Shown: one piece after another, positions 13,511 through 26,995 of the stretch
Numbering within the stretch: the first letter of the stretch is position 1
Layout of the letters: each line of letters begins with the position of its first letter
From: Trichoplax sp. H2
Lineage: Eukaryota
Assembly (NCBI GenBank): GCA_003344405.1
Contig: NOWV01000314.1
Coordinates: 1 to 51,147 of the forward strand
DNA length: 51,147 bases
Reading direction: 5' to 3'
Program-made: the position numbers and the translations under genes
The notes under the pieces: generated by a model
What the model was told of the DNA's origin: nothing
The model's input: the letters and a program-made list of their open reading frames with translations, nothing else
Database searches by the model: none

Positions 13511-16005
13511 TTATGTACGTTAAGGATATGAAACACGCAGGCTTACAGAGGCGGGCAGAAGACAGATAAAATAGCAGGTATAATTTTAATGAGATATATA
13601 GCTAGATGTAGATATAAATATAGATTAAGAACATGGAATTCGATGTACCATCGAAAACTTTTTTTGGCGACAGCCACAGACCTACAGTACCTTTGGTGAT
13701 AATTTTATAATACAATTAAAGAAAATTGGCAATATTCAGTATTTGATATTGAGTTAGTTTATCAGCATGTGAGATAAAGTTTCTGCAAAATAATAAAACA
13801 ACAAGAACGGTTTCTTGTCAACTTCAATTTATGGCATAAATTAGGATCAATTAACAACTGCTAAGGACTATCTAATTGCCATCAGACTATCTAAATTATT
13901 CCAAAAAAATTCATCATTTATCTATAATTACAGAATGATTTTTTGGCAGCACAATTCTATAATGCTAATGAAGTCGCAAGATTAGTTCTAAATTGACTAT
14001 CGTGCAATCTATTCATAATTCACGCTTTTAATTAAGCAGTTACAATATTAATCTCACAGTACTCACATACTTGGTACAATTGAACTATTTATACCTATTT
14101 TTACGTAATCTAATAATTTTAATCTTAAGCTGATTTGGAGCTGCATAGTAGCACGAAATTATGATCATTAGTCTTTCACTAATTGCTATGATACAACTTT
14201 TAAATTAACCCCAACAATAGCAACAGGAAAATCGAATGTACTAAACATCATCTAGTGGAAATGGTAATTTACTATTGATAGTACTAGATTCTATTCGATA
14301 GGTTCTAGTCCATCTGTTCTCATTTTCAAGTTGAGGCTTTATTTCTAGCAAATGAATGTTATAATTTGTCAATGAAATACTTAACTTCCGTTGTTACCCC
14401 TTACGATAAGTTAGCAGTGATATAAAAATAAATGACTACTTTAGGTGCTGTTGTAAGATTCAAAGTTATCGCAGACCGAACATAAAACTATTCAAGGTTG
14501 CATTAATAGATAATAAGGGTAACAGTTTACGGACGAGACTAAATTATCAATTTAATTTATTATAATTGTAAAATATATTGGCTCGCTATGATCATTAGTT
14601 ACCTAGATCAAATGTAAGCTTAAAGAATTGGAGAGTGCAATTTCTAATGTGTCACTAAATTTTGATTTTACTCTAGATACATACATGTGCAATGCATGCT
14701 TCGGCATTATAGCCAGTTAACTTCCCGCAAACAAGTTATTTCGTTTAAACATTTTGCTAAGTATAGTAAATACAGAGATGGATAAAATTCAATTAAACAA
14801 AGAAGATCCAAGTTTATATGCGAAAACATTTTAAGTTTCAACATCCTGGAAACGAAACGCTGCTTCGGGACCGAATATTTTCAAGGTCATTGCGATCCTA
14901 CGCAGGATGAAGATCAATGATACAGCAAGCCATGTTAAAGAAAAAAATGCGAGAACGGCAGATATCTGAATGAGAAAGTGAGATATTTCAAGCATTTTCA
15001 TTATACCAATATCTTCTAAATTTATTTATTAAAATATGCTGTAACCTAAATGGTTAATGAATTGGCTTATAAAAATATATGTGTATAGATGCAGTATTTT
15101 GAATGCATGACTATATTAATATAGTATACGATACAAATCGGAAATCATATACCGGATCGATGTTTCAATAAAGTCCATTACTAAACCTGTTTTGATGTGA
15201 TCGAAGTAATAGTTCACGGGCATAATGTTGAAAAATTATAAGCAAGAATTATAAATGACTTAAAGGGATAGTTTATAGGTGAACACAAAAGACTTTAAAT
15301 GGCATTTTGCATTAATAAGTTGGAATCAAAATATATTTTAAACACATTACAATTGCTAATAAAGCAAACCTTCTAACATTAGAATAATTACCAACACTAA
15401 TTTGATTCGTTGGTATTGTAATGAGTATATACAAAGCGTCCAAATATTAAATTATCATCATTGAATTATGTAATATTATATCAATATGCAGTTTTCTATC
15501 TAAATGGACAAAGCATCGTTAATAAGATGATTATCAGTCAATTTTTGGATAACTTATCTAATAATAACCACCTCATTGCTAGTAGGTAAACGTTAGTCCA
15601 ATACCATTGACTGTACGATAGAGTAAAGGATTCTAAATAGTAATCAAGAATTATATTTAACCTGGCACGATAGTTTATACTTCTATGCCAATACGAAGAC
15701 TTTAAAGTAGCGTTTTGCATTGATAGCTTAGAATTGTAGAATATTTTCAAGGCATAGCTAATAGAGCTTACTTATAACATCAATGTCATCAGTAACTTGA
15801 ATTTGATTTGCTAGTATGATAGTAGATGGAAATCTTTTACAAACTAATATAGAAATACAATAACCGGTTGCAATTTATTTTGTCGAACTTTTACATATTA
15901 ATGAGACTATCCCTTAATTCAATTTTTGCCTCAAGTGAATCACAAGCAAGAGCGTACTTATTATAGAATACGGATGAATCAATTAATGATATGATGTAAG
16001 CTATG

Positions 16006-16280
16006 TTGACCAATAAAAAATCGCTCCTCATTAAAATCAATGAGCCCATTATGATCGTGTATGCTGGCGTATACGAACCCTATCTGCCTATTACTTACCC
16101 TATTGCCAACATTAAGCATAATACGCGTTTAGAATTTGGTTTAGTTAATTAATAAATAACATAACCTAAACTGTCTTGACCAATAAAAAATCGCTCCTCA
16201 TTAAAATCAGTAATAATTCATTACAATCGTATTATGCAGGCGTATACAAACTAATCCTAAGAGCCTGTTCCTTACCCTAA
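16006..16280. repeat. Direct repeat (170-bp period) containing CCAAT boxes upstream of the TPR gene
   Basis: 'ttgaccaataaaaaatcgctcctcattaaaatca' is identical at 16006 and 16176, with weaker similarity continuing downstream. Confidence 0.7.
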
Positions 16281-16992
16281 ACATGATTTCTTATAGTTTT
16301 GAATTTTTGAATTGGTTTACGATATAATCGATTTTCAAGTTTTATATTGATATCAATGATGATATAGTGTAATAACATTAATCAGATTTAATTACAAGAC
16401 TTTAAATTAAAATTAAAAGTTATTAGACAGCTTATGCTATTAAAGTATTACTTTTTCCTATGAATTCACTTTCTAGCCACAGTTTACTTAGTCAGTTTCT
16501 TCGTATCGATAAATAATACTTGGTAATTAAAATGTTATTGTAATATAGATATTCTGCTAGTGTTGTGCTAATTTTTTATTTGGTCTGATGCTTAATATTT
16601 AACTAACTTGACGTCAAATATGCTAATTACGGACTTTATGATGAATTATTTGGATTATCCGTGTCTTGAGAGACTAAGTAGACAAAGATATTAATACTGC
16701 ACTAAAGCATGTGCAATTTAGTCACTGCTCTCTGTTAACGCTGATGCAATGATGGATGGGCGCTAACAAACGTTAACTAAGTATAAAGTATCCAATTTTA
16801 TCGACTTGAATCCGTTTCTGATTGAGATAGTCTACGAAATCTTCCTGTATAATGAAAGATCTCTATTTTGGATGATACCATCAATCCATTCCATGCATAA
16901 TCACACCATTAAAGTTTTGTCTTAGGTCAAGAATGGTATAGAAAATTGACTTTTTCACGCTACATCTCTTCATTGAGGTTCAAAACTGAAAT

Positions 16993-18618
16993 ATGGGTAA
17001 TAAATCTACCAAGTCGAGTTTTCGGAACGAAATCAATTCGCTTCATGAAAAGGGTCGGAAATATCAGCAAGAGTGTAATTATGAACAAGCCTTGATTTAT
17101 TTCAATAAGGCTATAGCTCAAATCAAGTCGAAACATCATAGTAGTAATCGTCTTTATCAACTTCAATATTATATTTACTTTGACATGGCTGACTCCTATA
17201 AAGGGCAAAGTCAATGGAAGGAAGCTAATGAATGGAGTCAAAAAGCAGAAAACTTGGCAGAGAAATTAAAGGATAAAATCAAGATTGCAGAGTGTATCGA
17301 TAGGCAAGGAGATATCAAACTACTACGAGATGATACTGATGGCGCCCTGAATGATTATAAGAAATCGTTTAAAATGAAATTGAAATCATTAGGCATGGAT
17401 AGCATCGAGGTCAGTGAGTCCTACAGTAATATTGGCCTTGCTTACAGTAAGCAAGGCAAGTATGATGAAGCCATAGCCATGTACGAAAAATCGCTTCGGT
17501 TTCAACTATCGATTAAGGGCAATGATCATCTCGATGTTGCTGAGCTCTCTCATAATATTGGAGACATTTATAGCAAGCAGGGAAAATATGATGAAGCATT
17601 ATCCGTGTTGGATAAGTCGTTCAAAGCCCAATTGATCAAAGTTGGTGAAAATCATCCCAGTATTAGTATCTTCTACGATAAATTTGGTGGAATTTACAAG
17701 CATCAAGGCAAATATGATGATGCACTATCGATGTATAACAAATCACTGAAGATTAAACTAGTACAACTGGGTGACAATCATCCAAATATTGCTATATCCT
17801 ATCATAATATTGGGCTTGTCTGTAGTAATCAAGGCAAGTACGATGAAGCTCTATCCATGTTGAATAAATCACTACAGATTCAACTAACAAGACTTGAAAA
17901 AGACGATCTCTACATTGCAACAACCTATCACAATATTGGAAGTGTTTATGAGAGCCAGGGTAAACATGACGATGCACTGGCTATGTTCCATAAATCGCTC
18001 GAGATTCAGTTGACCATCTTTAAGGATGATCATCCAAGTCTTGCTAGCACCTATAACAACATTGGAGAAGTTTACAGCTATAAACACAAGTACGATGATG
18101 CTTTATTAATGCATAGTAAATCGTTAAAGATTCAACTAGCAGTTCTTGGAAATCATCATCCTGATATTGCTATGTCGTATAACACCATTGGGCTGATCTA
18201 TAAGCATCGATACAAGTACAACGATGCTCTAACCATGTTGAATAAATCGCTCAAGATTTACCTCGATTTCCGGGGCGAAAATCATCCCGATGTTGCAATG
18301 TCGTATAACAATATAGGAGACGTGCATCGGCTTCGAGGCAATCTTACGGATGCTCTGTCCATGTATAGCAAATCACTGCAAGTTTGTTTAGCAACAGTGG
18401 GTGAGAACCATGCAAACACTGCGCAATTATACCGAAATCAAGCAGAAGCTTATCGTCAACTGTCTAAATATTCGCAGGCAATCTCCTGTCTGCAAAAGTC
18501 CGTCGCTATTTTACTCAATCTCTATGGAGAAGATCATGCTCAAGTGGTTTTGGATAAGCAAAGAATTGCCCAATGTCACGATCAACAACGCAAATTGGAA
18601 GAAGCTGCAAAGCCATGA
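16993..18618 (+). CDS. Tetratricopeptide repeat protein (kinesin light chain / nephrocystin-3-like 42-aa TPRs), 541 aa, CDS without introns
   Basis: About ten 42-aa repeats of the form A.SY.NIG.VY..QGKYDEALSM..KSL.I.L...G.NHP; an in-frame TGA two codons upstream fixes the ATG; splice-acceptor-like site at 16925 suggests a 5' UTR intron. Confidence 0.92.
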   Translation: MGNKSTKSSFRNEINSLHEKGRKYQQECNYEQALIYFNKAIAQIKSKHHSSNRLYQLQYYIYFDMADSYKGQSQWKEANEWSQKAENLAEKLKDKIKIAECIDRQGDIKLLRDDTDGALNDYKKSFKMKLKSLGMDSIEVSESYSNIGLAYSKQGKYDEAIAMYEKSLRFQLSIKGNDHLDVAELSHNIGDIYSKQGKYDEALSVLDKSFKAQLIKVGENHPSISIFYDKFGGIYKHQGKYDDALSMYNKSLKIKLVQLGDNHPNIAISYHNIGLVCSNQGKYDEALSMLNKSLQIQLTRLEKDDLYIATTYHNIGSVYESQGKHDDALAMFHKSLEIQLTIFKDDHPSLASTYNNIGEVYSYKHKYDDALLMHSKSLKIQLAVLGNHHPDIAMSYNTIGLIYKHRYKYNDALTMLNKSLKIYLDFRGENHPDVAMSYNNIGDVHRLRGNLTDALSMYSKSLQVCLATVGENHANTAQLYRNQAEAYRQLSKYSQAISCLQKSVAILLNLYGEDHAQVVLDKQRIAQCHDQQRKLEEAAKP

Positions 18619-20145
18619 CGAATGATCATCGGCCATCATAACTAAAAGTAGGAAATAATTATAAAGCATTGCCCTGATACAAAAATCTATAAAAATGAAT
18701 ACAAGCTTTGCATCGCAATCCTGCTCAAAAACAGCCACTGTCGAATTCATTTCTTCAATCTAGTACAGTCGGAAATGCTTTAGTTAGTAATAAAGTTGAG
18801 ACTAGCCATTTTAATTCAAATACGCGTCGCCATAGAACAGTACCTTGACATAGGCGGCTGCATATGCCATTGAATTAATGGAATCGCCCTGTCTTCCTTC
18901 TTTTATTAACAATCATTAAATTTTGCATGAAGCTTTATAGAGTGCATTTTGATCTTTTTTTCCGTAAAACTTATAATTATTTTTTAGATTGATTTGAAAC
19001 ATGCTGGTTCATTGTAAACGACTAATTTTTTTTTTTACTGTTCGTCAAATAATAAAAGCAGAGATTAAATTAATCTTTAAACTTAATCATCACAGGTCCA
19101 TTGCCTGCTAGGCCAATTCTACGAAACGTTTATGTATAATATAATCAATCAATCTTATTCAAATTGGAGATAATTTTTCATTCAAATACAGTCTAATTGC
19201 AATATACTGGTAGTTTGCTAGAGATCAATCTGAATTATATTCACTATGTGTTATTATAGCTATTAATTCACCTTAAGCAGAACGATAATATCTTGTTACT
19301 TTTGATTGATGTACTCAACTCGAACACCATATAAGTGCCTCATCGTAAACGCTATTAGGCACAAGAGTGATATTTTTATTCCTCAGATTTGGTAAAGAAG
19401 CTTTCAGTGATTTTCCTAGCATTATACAGACTGTTTTCTTCCTGGTTTTTCCACTGGTCTAAGTTATTATATTGATATAGACTGCAATTTTACTATTGTT
19501 AAAGAAATGATACGCTGAGTCATGTAATAATTTTAGAGTGCGTTTAATAAATAATGGTCAAAACAGATCTTGATGTTACATAGATGAACATAATAAGGTC
19601 TAAACTCCTCCATTTCAATCTTTTAATGATAACTTTATACTGGCTAAGGCTAAAAAGAGGTCGCTTTTCGATATCCACCTATCGCGACAGATAGTATTAC
19701 TTGGGCTTAAAATCAAGTTAGGAGTGTGTTTTATATCACTGTTAGAACGGGAAAAACGATAAGGAAGAGACAGTCGTACAGAAATGTTGTGTAGTATTAG
19801 CATGGCCAATTAGACACTAAACTGTACTTGATATAGATATAGTTATAAATTGATAATTAAACGAAAACGACAAACGCTAACTCTAGCCCATATATCTTAG
19901 CTATTTGTAATGCATGATTTGCCAGAGTTTGTCAATTATAGCGATAGGAATATATCCTTTGCTAGTAGTGGTAGAATAATGAATGGGAGATACTTTTCAT
20001 GGAATTATCTTAAGTAGTATTCATATATATGTATTGTGATTATATAACGGTATGCCTCGGCAAGATTATAGCAGCTCTGAAAGTTGCTGATGAACTTTTA
20101 TGACTATCCTAGGATTAATGTAGTGAATTGATTTTTAGATTGACT

Positions 20146-20279
20146 ATAAATTAACTATCATATGAAAACAAGGCCATAAATTCAACGTATGTAGGCAATA
20201 TAGTCTATACGATCGTAAATTAACTATCATATAAATATAAGGCCATAAATTCAACGTAGGTAGACAATATAGTCTATAT
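20146..20279. repeat. Tandem duplication, ~70 bp x2
   Basis: 'taaattaactatcatat.aa..aaggccataaattcaacgta.gtag.caatatagtctata' occurs twice in succession. Confidence 0.8.
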
Positions 20280-20919
20280 TCTTTTTTCTTTTGATTATAT
20301 AAAGATTGTTAGTTCGATAATCTGTGAGGTATATCTAATAGCAATTAAGAATTATACAAGAAATAGGAATCGATAATAGGTTCAATAGGTTCGCTCGAGT
20401 TAGAGTACTGTGGTCATACCAAGTACAATTCAGTAACAGTATACTGTATAGTTTGCAAGCAATTATGAAAGTAATAACAGGAGTAAATTAGATTGTAAAA
20501 ATAGTTACAACCGAGATAGAATTAGAAATTAATCGTTTCAGTAGCTTGCATCCAGTGATAGGAAGTTAGGAGTTAAAAACATGATGAGAAACATACATAT
20601 TAGCCTAGGCTTTCGATACACGATGATTAGCGAGTGGAGTGATGAATTAAAAAACTGTAGTCGTTTATCTCACTATCTTTACGCTTTAGATGTTTAGCTC
20701 ATGCTGTTGACGAGAAAGGTCTTAAAATAACAGTGCCCACTTATTTATTTTTGGCATAAAATGACTGTTGAATATCAAAATCGATAGCAGTCTATAGGTC
20801 AGTCTATTCAGCATCATGTCTGTTGTATAAATCAAACTATGGAACACCTCATCAATAAAATAGTTATTTTCTCTCTTCCGAGACTAAACTTTACAATCTG
20901 AATTTCAGTCAATTTACAG

Positions 20920-21192
20920 CCTCAATTGTTGGCTTTTACTAAAATGAAATGCATTCATCTATTCGTTTCTTACAAGATACATGTCACAAAGAGAGAGATA
21001 AACTTTGTATCGAAGTTGATCAAGTTCTACAGTCCCTTCGGCGATCACTTTCATGTTGTCTAATGCTTGTCTGTAGCACGATACTACTTTATTAAGACTA
21101 CTGGATTGATAATATTCTAAACCTATTCTCAATAAACATTCTAATTGTTGAAAGCTGATCGACTCAGTAGATTGGTCATTCATCTTTTCCAA
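20920..21192 (-). pseudogene. Truncated TPR-family pseudogene fragment, related to the N-terminus of 16993-18618
   Basis: LECLLRIGLEYYQSSSLNKVVSCYRQALDNMK...LDQLRYKVYLSLCDMYLVRNE*MNAFHFSK aligns without gaps to INSLHEKGRKYQQECNYEQALIYFNKAIAQIK...LYQLQYYIYFDMADSYKGQSQWKEANEWSQ. The TAG stop sits at the W (TGG) position and further stops follow. Confidence 0.65.
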
Positions 21193-21554
21193 TTAAAAAT
21201 GATACAGCCACATCGAGATTGATCTCTACGTCCAATCTAATAGGATATTAAGGCTTCAGCAAGGCTTAATTAATATAGAATTCAAATTGGAGTTTGTTAA
21301 ATGAATAAAATTCGAGTTGCGCTAGCTATGCATCTGTACGACAGACATATTCAGCTTAAATTATGTGATTCAACGATGTTGCAAGTACTATTATAACACA
21401 GGAACTGCTTCCAATGGGGGTTAAATACAGATACTAGTTTTCGCTAGAATCAAGTCTAGAATCTTCTTTATTATAAATATAACTCAATTTTATGTCATCC
21501 TTCTGTATCCACGAGCACCGATAGAGTGTACATAGGACGATAAGTTTACTGAGC

Positions 21555-21995
21555 TAATAATTTTATGAAGCCAAACAGTCATTTATAAAATAACCCAGTT
21601 GCTGATTATATTTATTTATAAAGTTATCATATAATTACTAATTTTATGCAGCTAAGCAATCATTTCTAAAATAACCAAGTTGAGGACTATTTATAAAGTC
21701 ATCAATTCAGTACTAATGTTATCAAGCAAACCAGTCATTTTTATAACGTTACTCACTTGATGATGATAAAGTCATCGAATCATTACTAATTTTGTAAAGC
21801 TAACCAGTCATTTTATAAAATAATATATTTGATGATTACTTATAAAGTCACCGAATCTTTATCAATTTTATAAACTAACCAGTCATTTTACAAAATAACC
21901 TAGTTGATGATCACTTATAAAGCATCTAATCATTATTAATTTTAAACAATTAACCAATCATTTCATAAAATAACCTAATTGATGATTACTTAAAG
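21555..21995. repeat. AT-rich minisatellite, ~63-bp unit, ~7 copies
   Basis: Unit approximates 'actaattttataaagctaaccagtcattttataaaataacctagttgatgattacttataaagtcatcgaatcatt'. Confidence 0.8.
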
Positions 21996-22531
21996 TGTTA
22001 CGATTGGGCCTTAAAATATAAGAATTCTAGGTACTCCGGCTCTTAGTACTTCACAGAATGCGAACACAGGAAATAACTGACACCGCACTAAGAGGTTTTA
22101 GATGTATTTTATTTTTAAAGCTTACTTACAAATATCAAATTCTACAAGAGCTAGTACTTAATCTTTAAAATACGCTTTTAACTTCCAAATATACTGCAAA
22201 TGATATTGCAGTTTAACTGGAACATTCATTAGTATGTGGCATTAATATATATTTGCAGAGTAGATAAGAATAACAGTTTTATTAGCTCGTTTTATTTCAT
22301 GTCTATGTAATTGAAGAAACCAAAATCTTGATCAAATATTGCACAATTGGCTAGCAAAGGCAATATAATACCCTCCTAAATTTCGGTATCCATTTTCAGT
22401 TTCTAAATGTTTAAGATAAATCTTTTGATGCTATTTCTATAAGGCAATAGGCAGAGAACGTAAGCAAACGGACTATCTAGTATAATATGAATTATTATTA
22501 ATGAATGCATCTAAGGTGAACAACAATTCGA

Positions 22532-23692
22532 TTACTCAGATATCCATACAGCTAATAACCAAGTAGCTGCAATTAAACTAAAATGAGATGATAATCCAGC
22601 ACTATCCGATTTACTAGGAAAGATATTGCAATCGAATTGGTCTTCCGTTGATGTCTTTAAGATCGCAGGTAAACTAAAATTAATTCAAATAGATATTATG
22701 AATTAATCAGCAGAGAGCAAGATGTCGCAATAAATTGAAATGGCTACTTAAGCTTACCACTTCAGCGAAGAAGTGCATTCTTCTTTACTCCAGCCAAAGC
22801 TAATAATTCGATTTTGATCATGATTGCAACTTACTAGAGAGCGACATAAAAAGTTTGTCCATTGACTAGTACAACTTTGTTCAACGCCAACAAGACTATA
22901 TGCTAATCGCTGCGCATTAATCGCATTTCCTTGTGCTTTTAAAACTGGAACGATCCAAGAAGGTACGGTAATATTTGGTAAAGCGTGGCAATGAACGGAA
23001 TTAATGTTGGTTATTGCTGGGTTAACACAGGTAGTAAGACTGTACTGCTTGCCGGACAGGCTGCATAGTGCAGCAGAAGTTCTACCAATGGCAGTAAATA
23101 AACCTGTTGGGCATGAATTAATTGATTGGCAAGATTTACTTGTGCTCAGGAATGATAATATTCTAAAATCAGAAGAGCATTGGGGTAATAGTCCTTTACA
23201 GACAATATCTCGAGCAGCAGTAACACACGCAGAAGTGTATTTAGATGTTTGAGTATTCATATAATCTACGATATAACTCATTTGCTTAGAAGCTGTATCC
23301 ACAATATACGACGGAACGGAAGCATTCATATAGTTGCAAAAGGTTCTAACTTTAATGCTGGGTAGTTTGCATGAGTTTAAAGCGCCATGGTCCATTTCAT
23401 ATTTTAAAGAATGCGATGTAACATCTCTTTTTCCCTAATCGAAATAATAGTTAAACTAAATAAGATACCGAGTTTTTTCCCTTAAATTTGGCGATTTTTA
23501 TATATTTTATTTGACAAGAATACTATAAGTCCATGCAAATAATAAATTACTAAAATAAAAATTTTTACGCTTATTAAATCTAGCATATACTTAAAGGTAA
23601 AAAAAAATGAGATACATCACGCTAACCTTATTTCCATGGACCAAAGAATTGAAACCAAGGATTGCTAATAAAATGACAGTAATCGCTTTCAT
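22532..23692 (-). CDS. Secreted, probably GPI-anchored protein with two tandem Frizzled-like cysteine-rich domains (paralog 1), 3 exons, 294 aa
   Basis: Exons 23692-23627 (signal peptide MKAITVILLAILGFNSLVHG-NK), 23434-22758 and 22673-22532; GT-AG, phases 0 and 2. Two 8-Cys domains (CVTAARDIVCKGLLPQC; CTSQWTNFLCRSLVSC; QFDCNIFP). C-terminus SDSAGLSSHFSLIAATWLLAVWISE* resembles a GPI signal. Confidence 0.8.
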
Positions 23693-26464
23693 TCTTTTCA
23701 GTTCACTGTATCGTTAATCTTTTCTCCCTAGTATTACCAATATAAAAAACATAAATTATATTAATTAAAGCCAGAAATAATGAAATTAGAACAAATTTCA
23801 AGTGATTAAGTATACAATTGAAGAAATATTTATTTGACATTCAATAGAATAAATAGCAAAAACACCATGTTGTAGTTGGAGTTTTGCAACACATAAGGTT
23901 GCTGTATGAATATAAAAATATCCGAGAGTGTTAATGATTATAGATGTGATCTTGCTATAATGTAAAATGTCTATGATCAATTTGGCAATATTTGATATTT
24001 GTTCATTTTTCAGCAATATAGTTAGTACAATGGAGTCTGTACTTGCTACCAAAATTAACATTCATAGATGTAATTGCTCGACAATTTATTTATTCGACTT
24101 GGAAAAGCATTTACCAATTAATGTGCATTGCTTTATTTTATCAGCCCCTAGACGAGACGGATTTCCTAAATATCTTATTTTCCATCTAAATTTTACGATA
24201 CAGCATTAAATGGATTTTATAAACGATTCAGGAAAATAAAATGAAAAAAAGGATATTATACTAGACTAGATAATGGCCTTGTTTGGTTCATTTGCACATT
24301 TACGCGTTTAATATTCTGCTACAATACGTTGTATGCTGCGTTTATTGGCAGTTATTTACAATTTATTTATTTTGGGATATTTTTTATCATGCTCAATCTA
24401 TCGGTATTACCTAGTGCGACAAAACATTTTTTCGTTTTGACAAAATACCCATATCTAGCAATATCAGTTTACATTATAAGAGGCTATAAAGGTAGATTAA
24501 TAAAAAAATTAAAATTAATCTGCTATGATTAATTATTTCTAAATCAAAAATCATAAATATGAGTGAGTACTTTTGTAGATCTAAAGATACAATCAACAAA
24601 TAAAGCGGATTAAAAGTAATGAAGGTGTTACCGTTACTTAGAGATTAAACAATCAATCATTAAGTTATCTTATACCGAAATTGAATATGATCATTACGTG
24701 CTATGTCAACAATTATGAGATTGTTAATTTCGAAATCGCAACTTGGCTGATCTGAAATAACAAAATGAATCTTACTATTAAGAATTTAGTGTCTTTATAA
24801 AATATTGACTAGAGAAATGTTTTAGTCTACGATGGCAGCAGCTACTTACATTATAGGCATAATTTAAACGCAAAAAATAAGTGTATTTAATAGTTCATGT
24901 AAACTACCAATATATTATATTGGCATACTTTGGCAATTTAAAACAAAATTCCTTCCAGTATTATTAAAGAAGCATTGTTGAGATCGTAAAAAATTAGTCG
25001 AGACAATATTTAGTTAGCTGTAAACCCATTTATCATGATAGGTATCTTTATATGTTGGGATAGGTTTCTGTACCATGGTCACAATTAATTTAATTTTATC
25101 AACTCAAAAGATAAGTATGGACCAAAAATCATCCAGTCTTAAATTTTACGATTATAAAAGAATTTATATGAAATAAGATTAGTCGAACATTCTAAGAATC
25201 TGAAAAATAGAGCAAACAATCTCTTAGACAGAGTAGGGAGTTTAATTGAGGTTTAGAATCATTGCAGTTATGTTATACAATAAGAAGAGCCACATTGCCT
25301 AAGCGAAAATTTGGCAGGCAGTATTATTTCGTAATCTTTGGTAGTATACGAAGCTAGGATACTCATATTGTGGTGGATCTTGTAGTTGACTAGTGATACT
25401 TTTCATAAAATGCAGCTCGCACTTTGCTACTAATTAATAGACTTTACTGAAGGTTGCACTGAACATACATTAGCAAAGTAATTGAATGATCGTGCGAAGC
25501 AATGCCGAAGAAGTCTTAAGACTTTCCTTTTCATAAGATTCTAGTTGTAACAGTAACGGATCATTTTGTAACTTAGCAGCATCGTACTATACGGATGTTT
25601 AAGTTTGCTAAATTCCTAGACTCGATACAAATAAGCATTTTGATAGCATAAGATGTTGATAATTCGTAATCTACGATAATTATAACTTATAACTTATCTA
25701 TTATAATTATAATTATCAGACGTGGCATTACGCTACGGTTCGGACTTAGTGTATTAGTGTAACGATACACATATTTTAATGATTATTCGCAACGCATATA
25801 AAAAATAATGTAATACTGCAACCATTGGATTGTAAATAATGTAATAGATAAATAAAGTACATAACCGCAAGTAGTAATATATGGAATTGAACTAACAGCT
25901 TAGCAAAATCTGAAGGTTGGAGAAAGTATGGCTTAAACATAAGCCATCAAACTTTAAAGTTTACATGAACTTACATCTATACATTTGTGTTGCGGTCAAT
26001 TACATGATTATTACCTATGAAAACATCTCCATGTTCAAATTCTATGCTGTTATTTACGATAGTAGGATTTAGAAGATCAATCAATCATTATTGGTTAAGA
26101 ATGCTTATCCTATCAAAGAGCATCACCAAATAAATCAGAAAGTAGCAACATTGGAATGTTTTCATTAACTAATATCGGTATATAATATAAGTAGATTATT
26201 TGGGAATAATACTTGTTAAAACTGGCTTATTATTTCGCGATCGATACAAAAGTAATTCCTATGTATTGTAGCAAATAAAATGCCTTGTAAATATAAGCCG
26301 TATTGCATTATAGAGTATTTATCTGTACCTAATTATATCTTTTACACGCAGGCTAAAGAATATCAGTTGGATTCGGTCGAACATAAGAAATAAAAGTGTT
26401 ACTTTTGTCCTCCAAGTTCGTTCCTTAGTATCTGCCTCTGTAAAATTTGATAAGATGATCGTTC

Positions 26465-26995
26465 AATCAGCGATCTGCAACAGAACTGACAGTTTCGCAG
26501 AGTTCAATACATCCTAAATAGCTGACTATGTGATGCATAATATTAATAATAAATTTGTCTTAGGAAAATACAAGTAATTTATTATTCAATTTAACCGAAT
26601 AAAGCGTTAATTAGTAATATCATAGCTGTCAAACAAAAATAGTCATACAATGATAAAGGCTATATCAATATTAGCAGTTAAGACTTGAAGCCCATCAAGT
26701 AATTAGATGATATCAATCTTTGCAGCTAACATCTGCAGGCAGTTGTAAGTTGATAAAGTTATATCCTTTGCTGTGGGATAAAATCTATTATTAGTACCAG
26801 GACAAAGGTTAAGGCCTGCAACCTGGATTATGGAAGTGTTACAGAGACGACCAATACCAGTATTGTGATTGATTGTGGGAGGGATAGACAAGATTATCCG
26901 ATGTTTGGATATACCACAGTAGCGAAGTGGACTTGTTCCAATGTGCCCCATTGTAAACAGTATAATGATTAGCATAGTACTATGGTACGCATGAG
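26465..26995 (-). pseudogene. Possible decayed secreted cysteine-rich (CRD-like) gene
   Basis: Signal-peptide-like start broken by a frameshift (MRTIVL/LIIILFTMGHIG) and a 90-aa Cys-containing ORF. After a 'tatttag' acceptor the frame reads CIELCETVSS, reminiscent of the Frizzled CRD 'PCRSLCE' motif, then stops. Confidence 0.25.

Noticed and set aside
16960..18750. Short antisense or alternative-frame ORFs overlapping the TPR gene (similarly over the CRD, SWAP70 and methyltransferase exons)
   Set aside because: Shadows of real coding sequence with no independent motifs.
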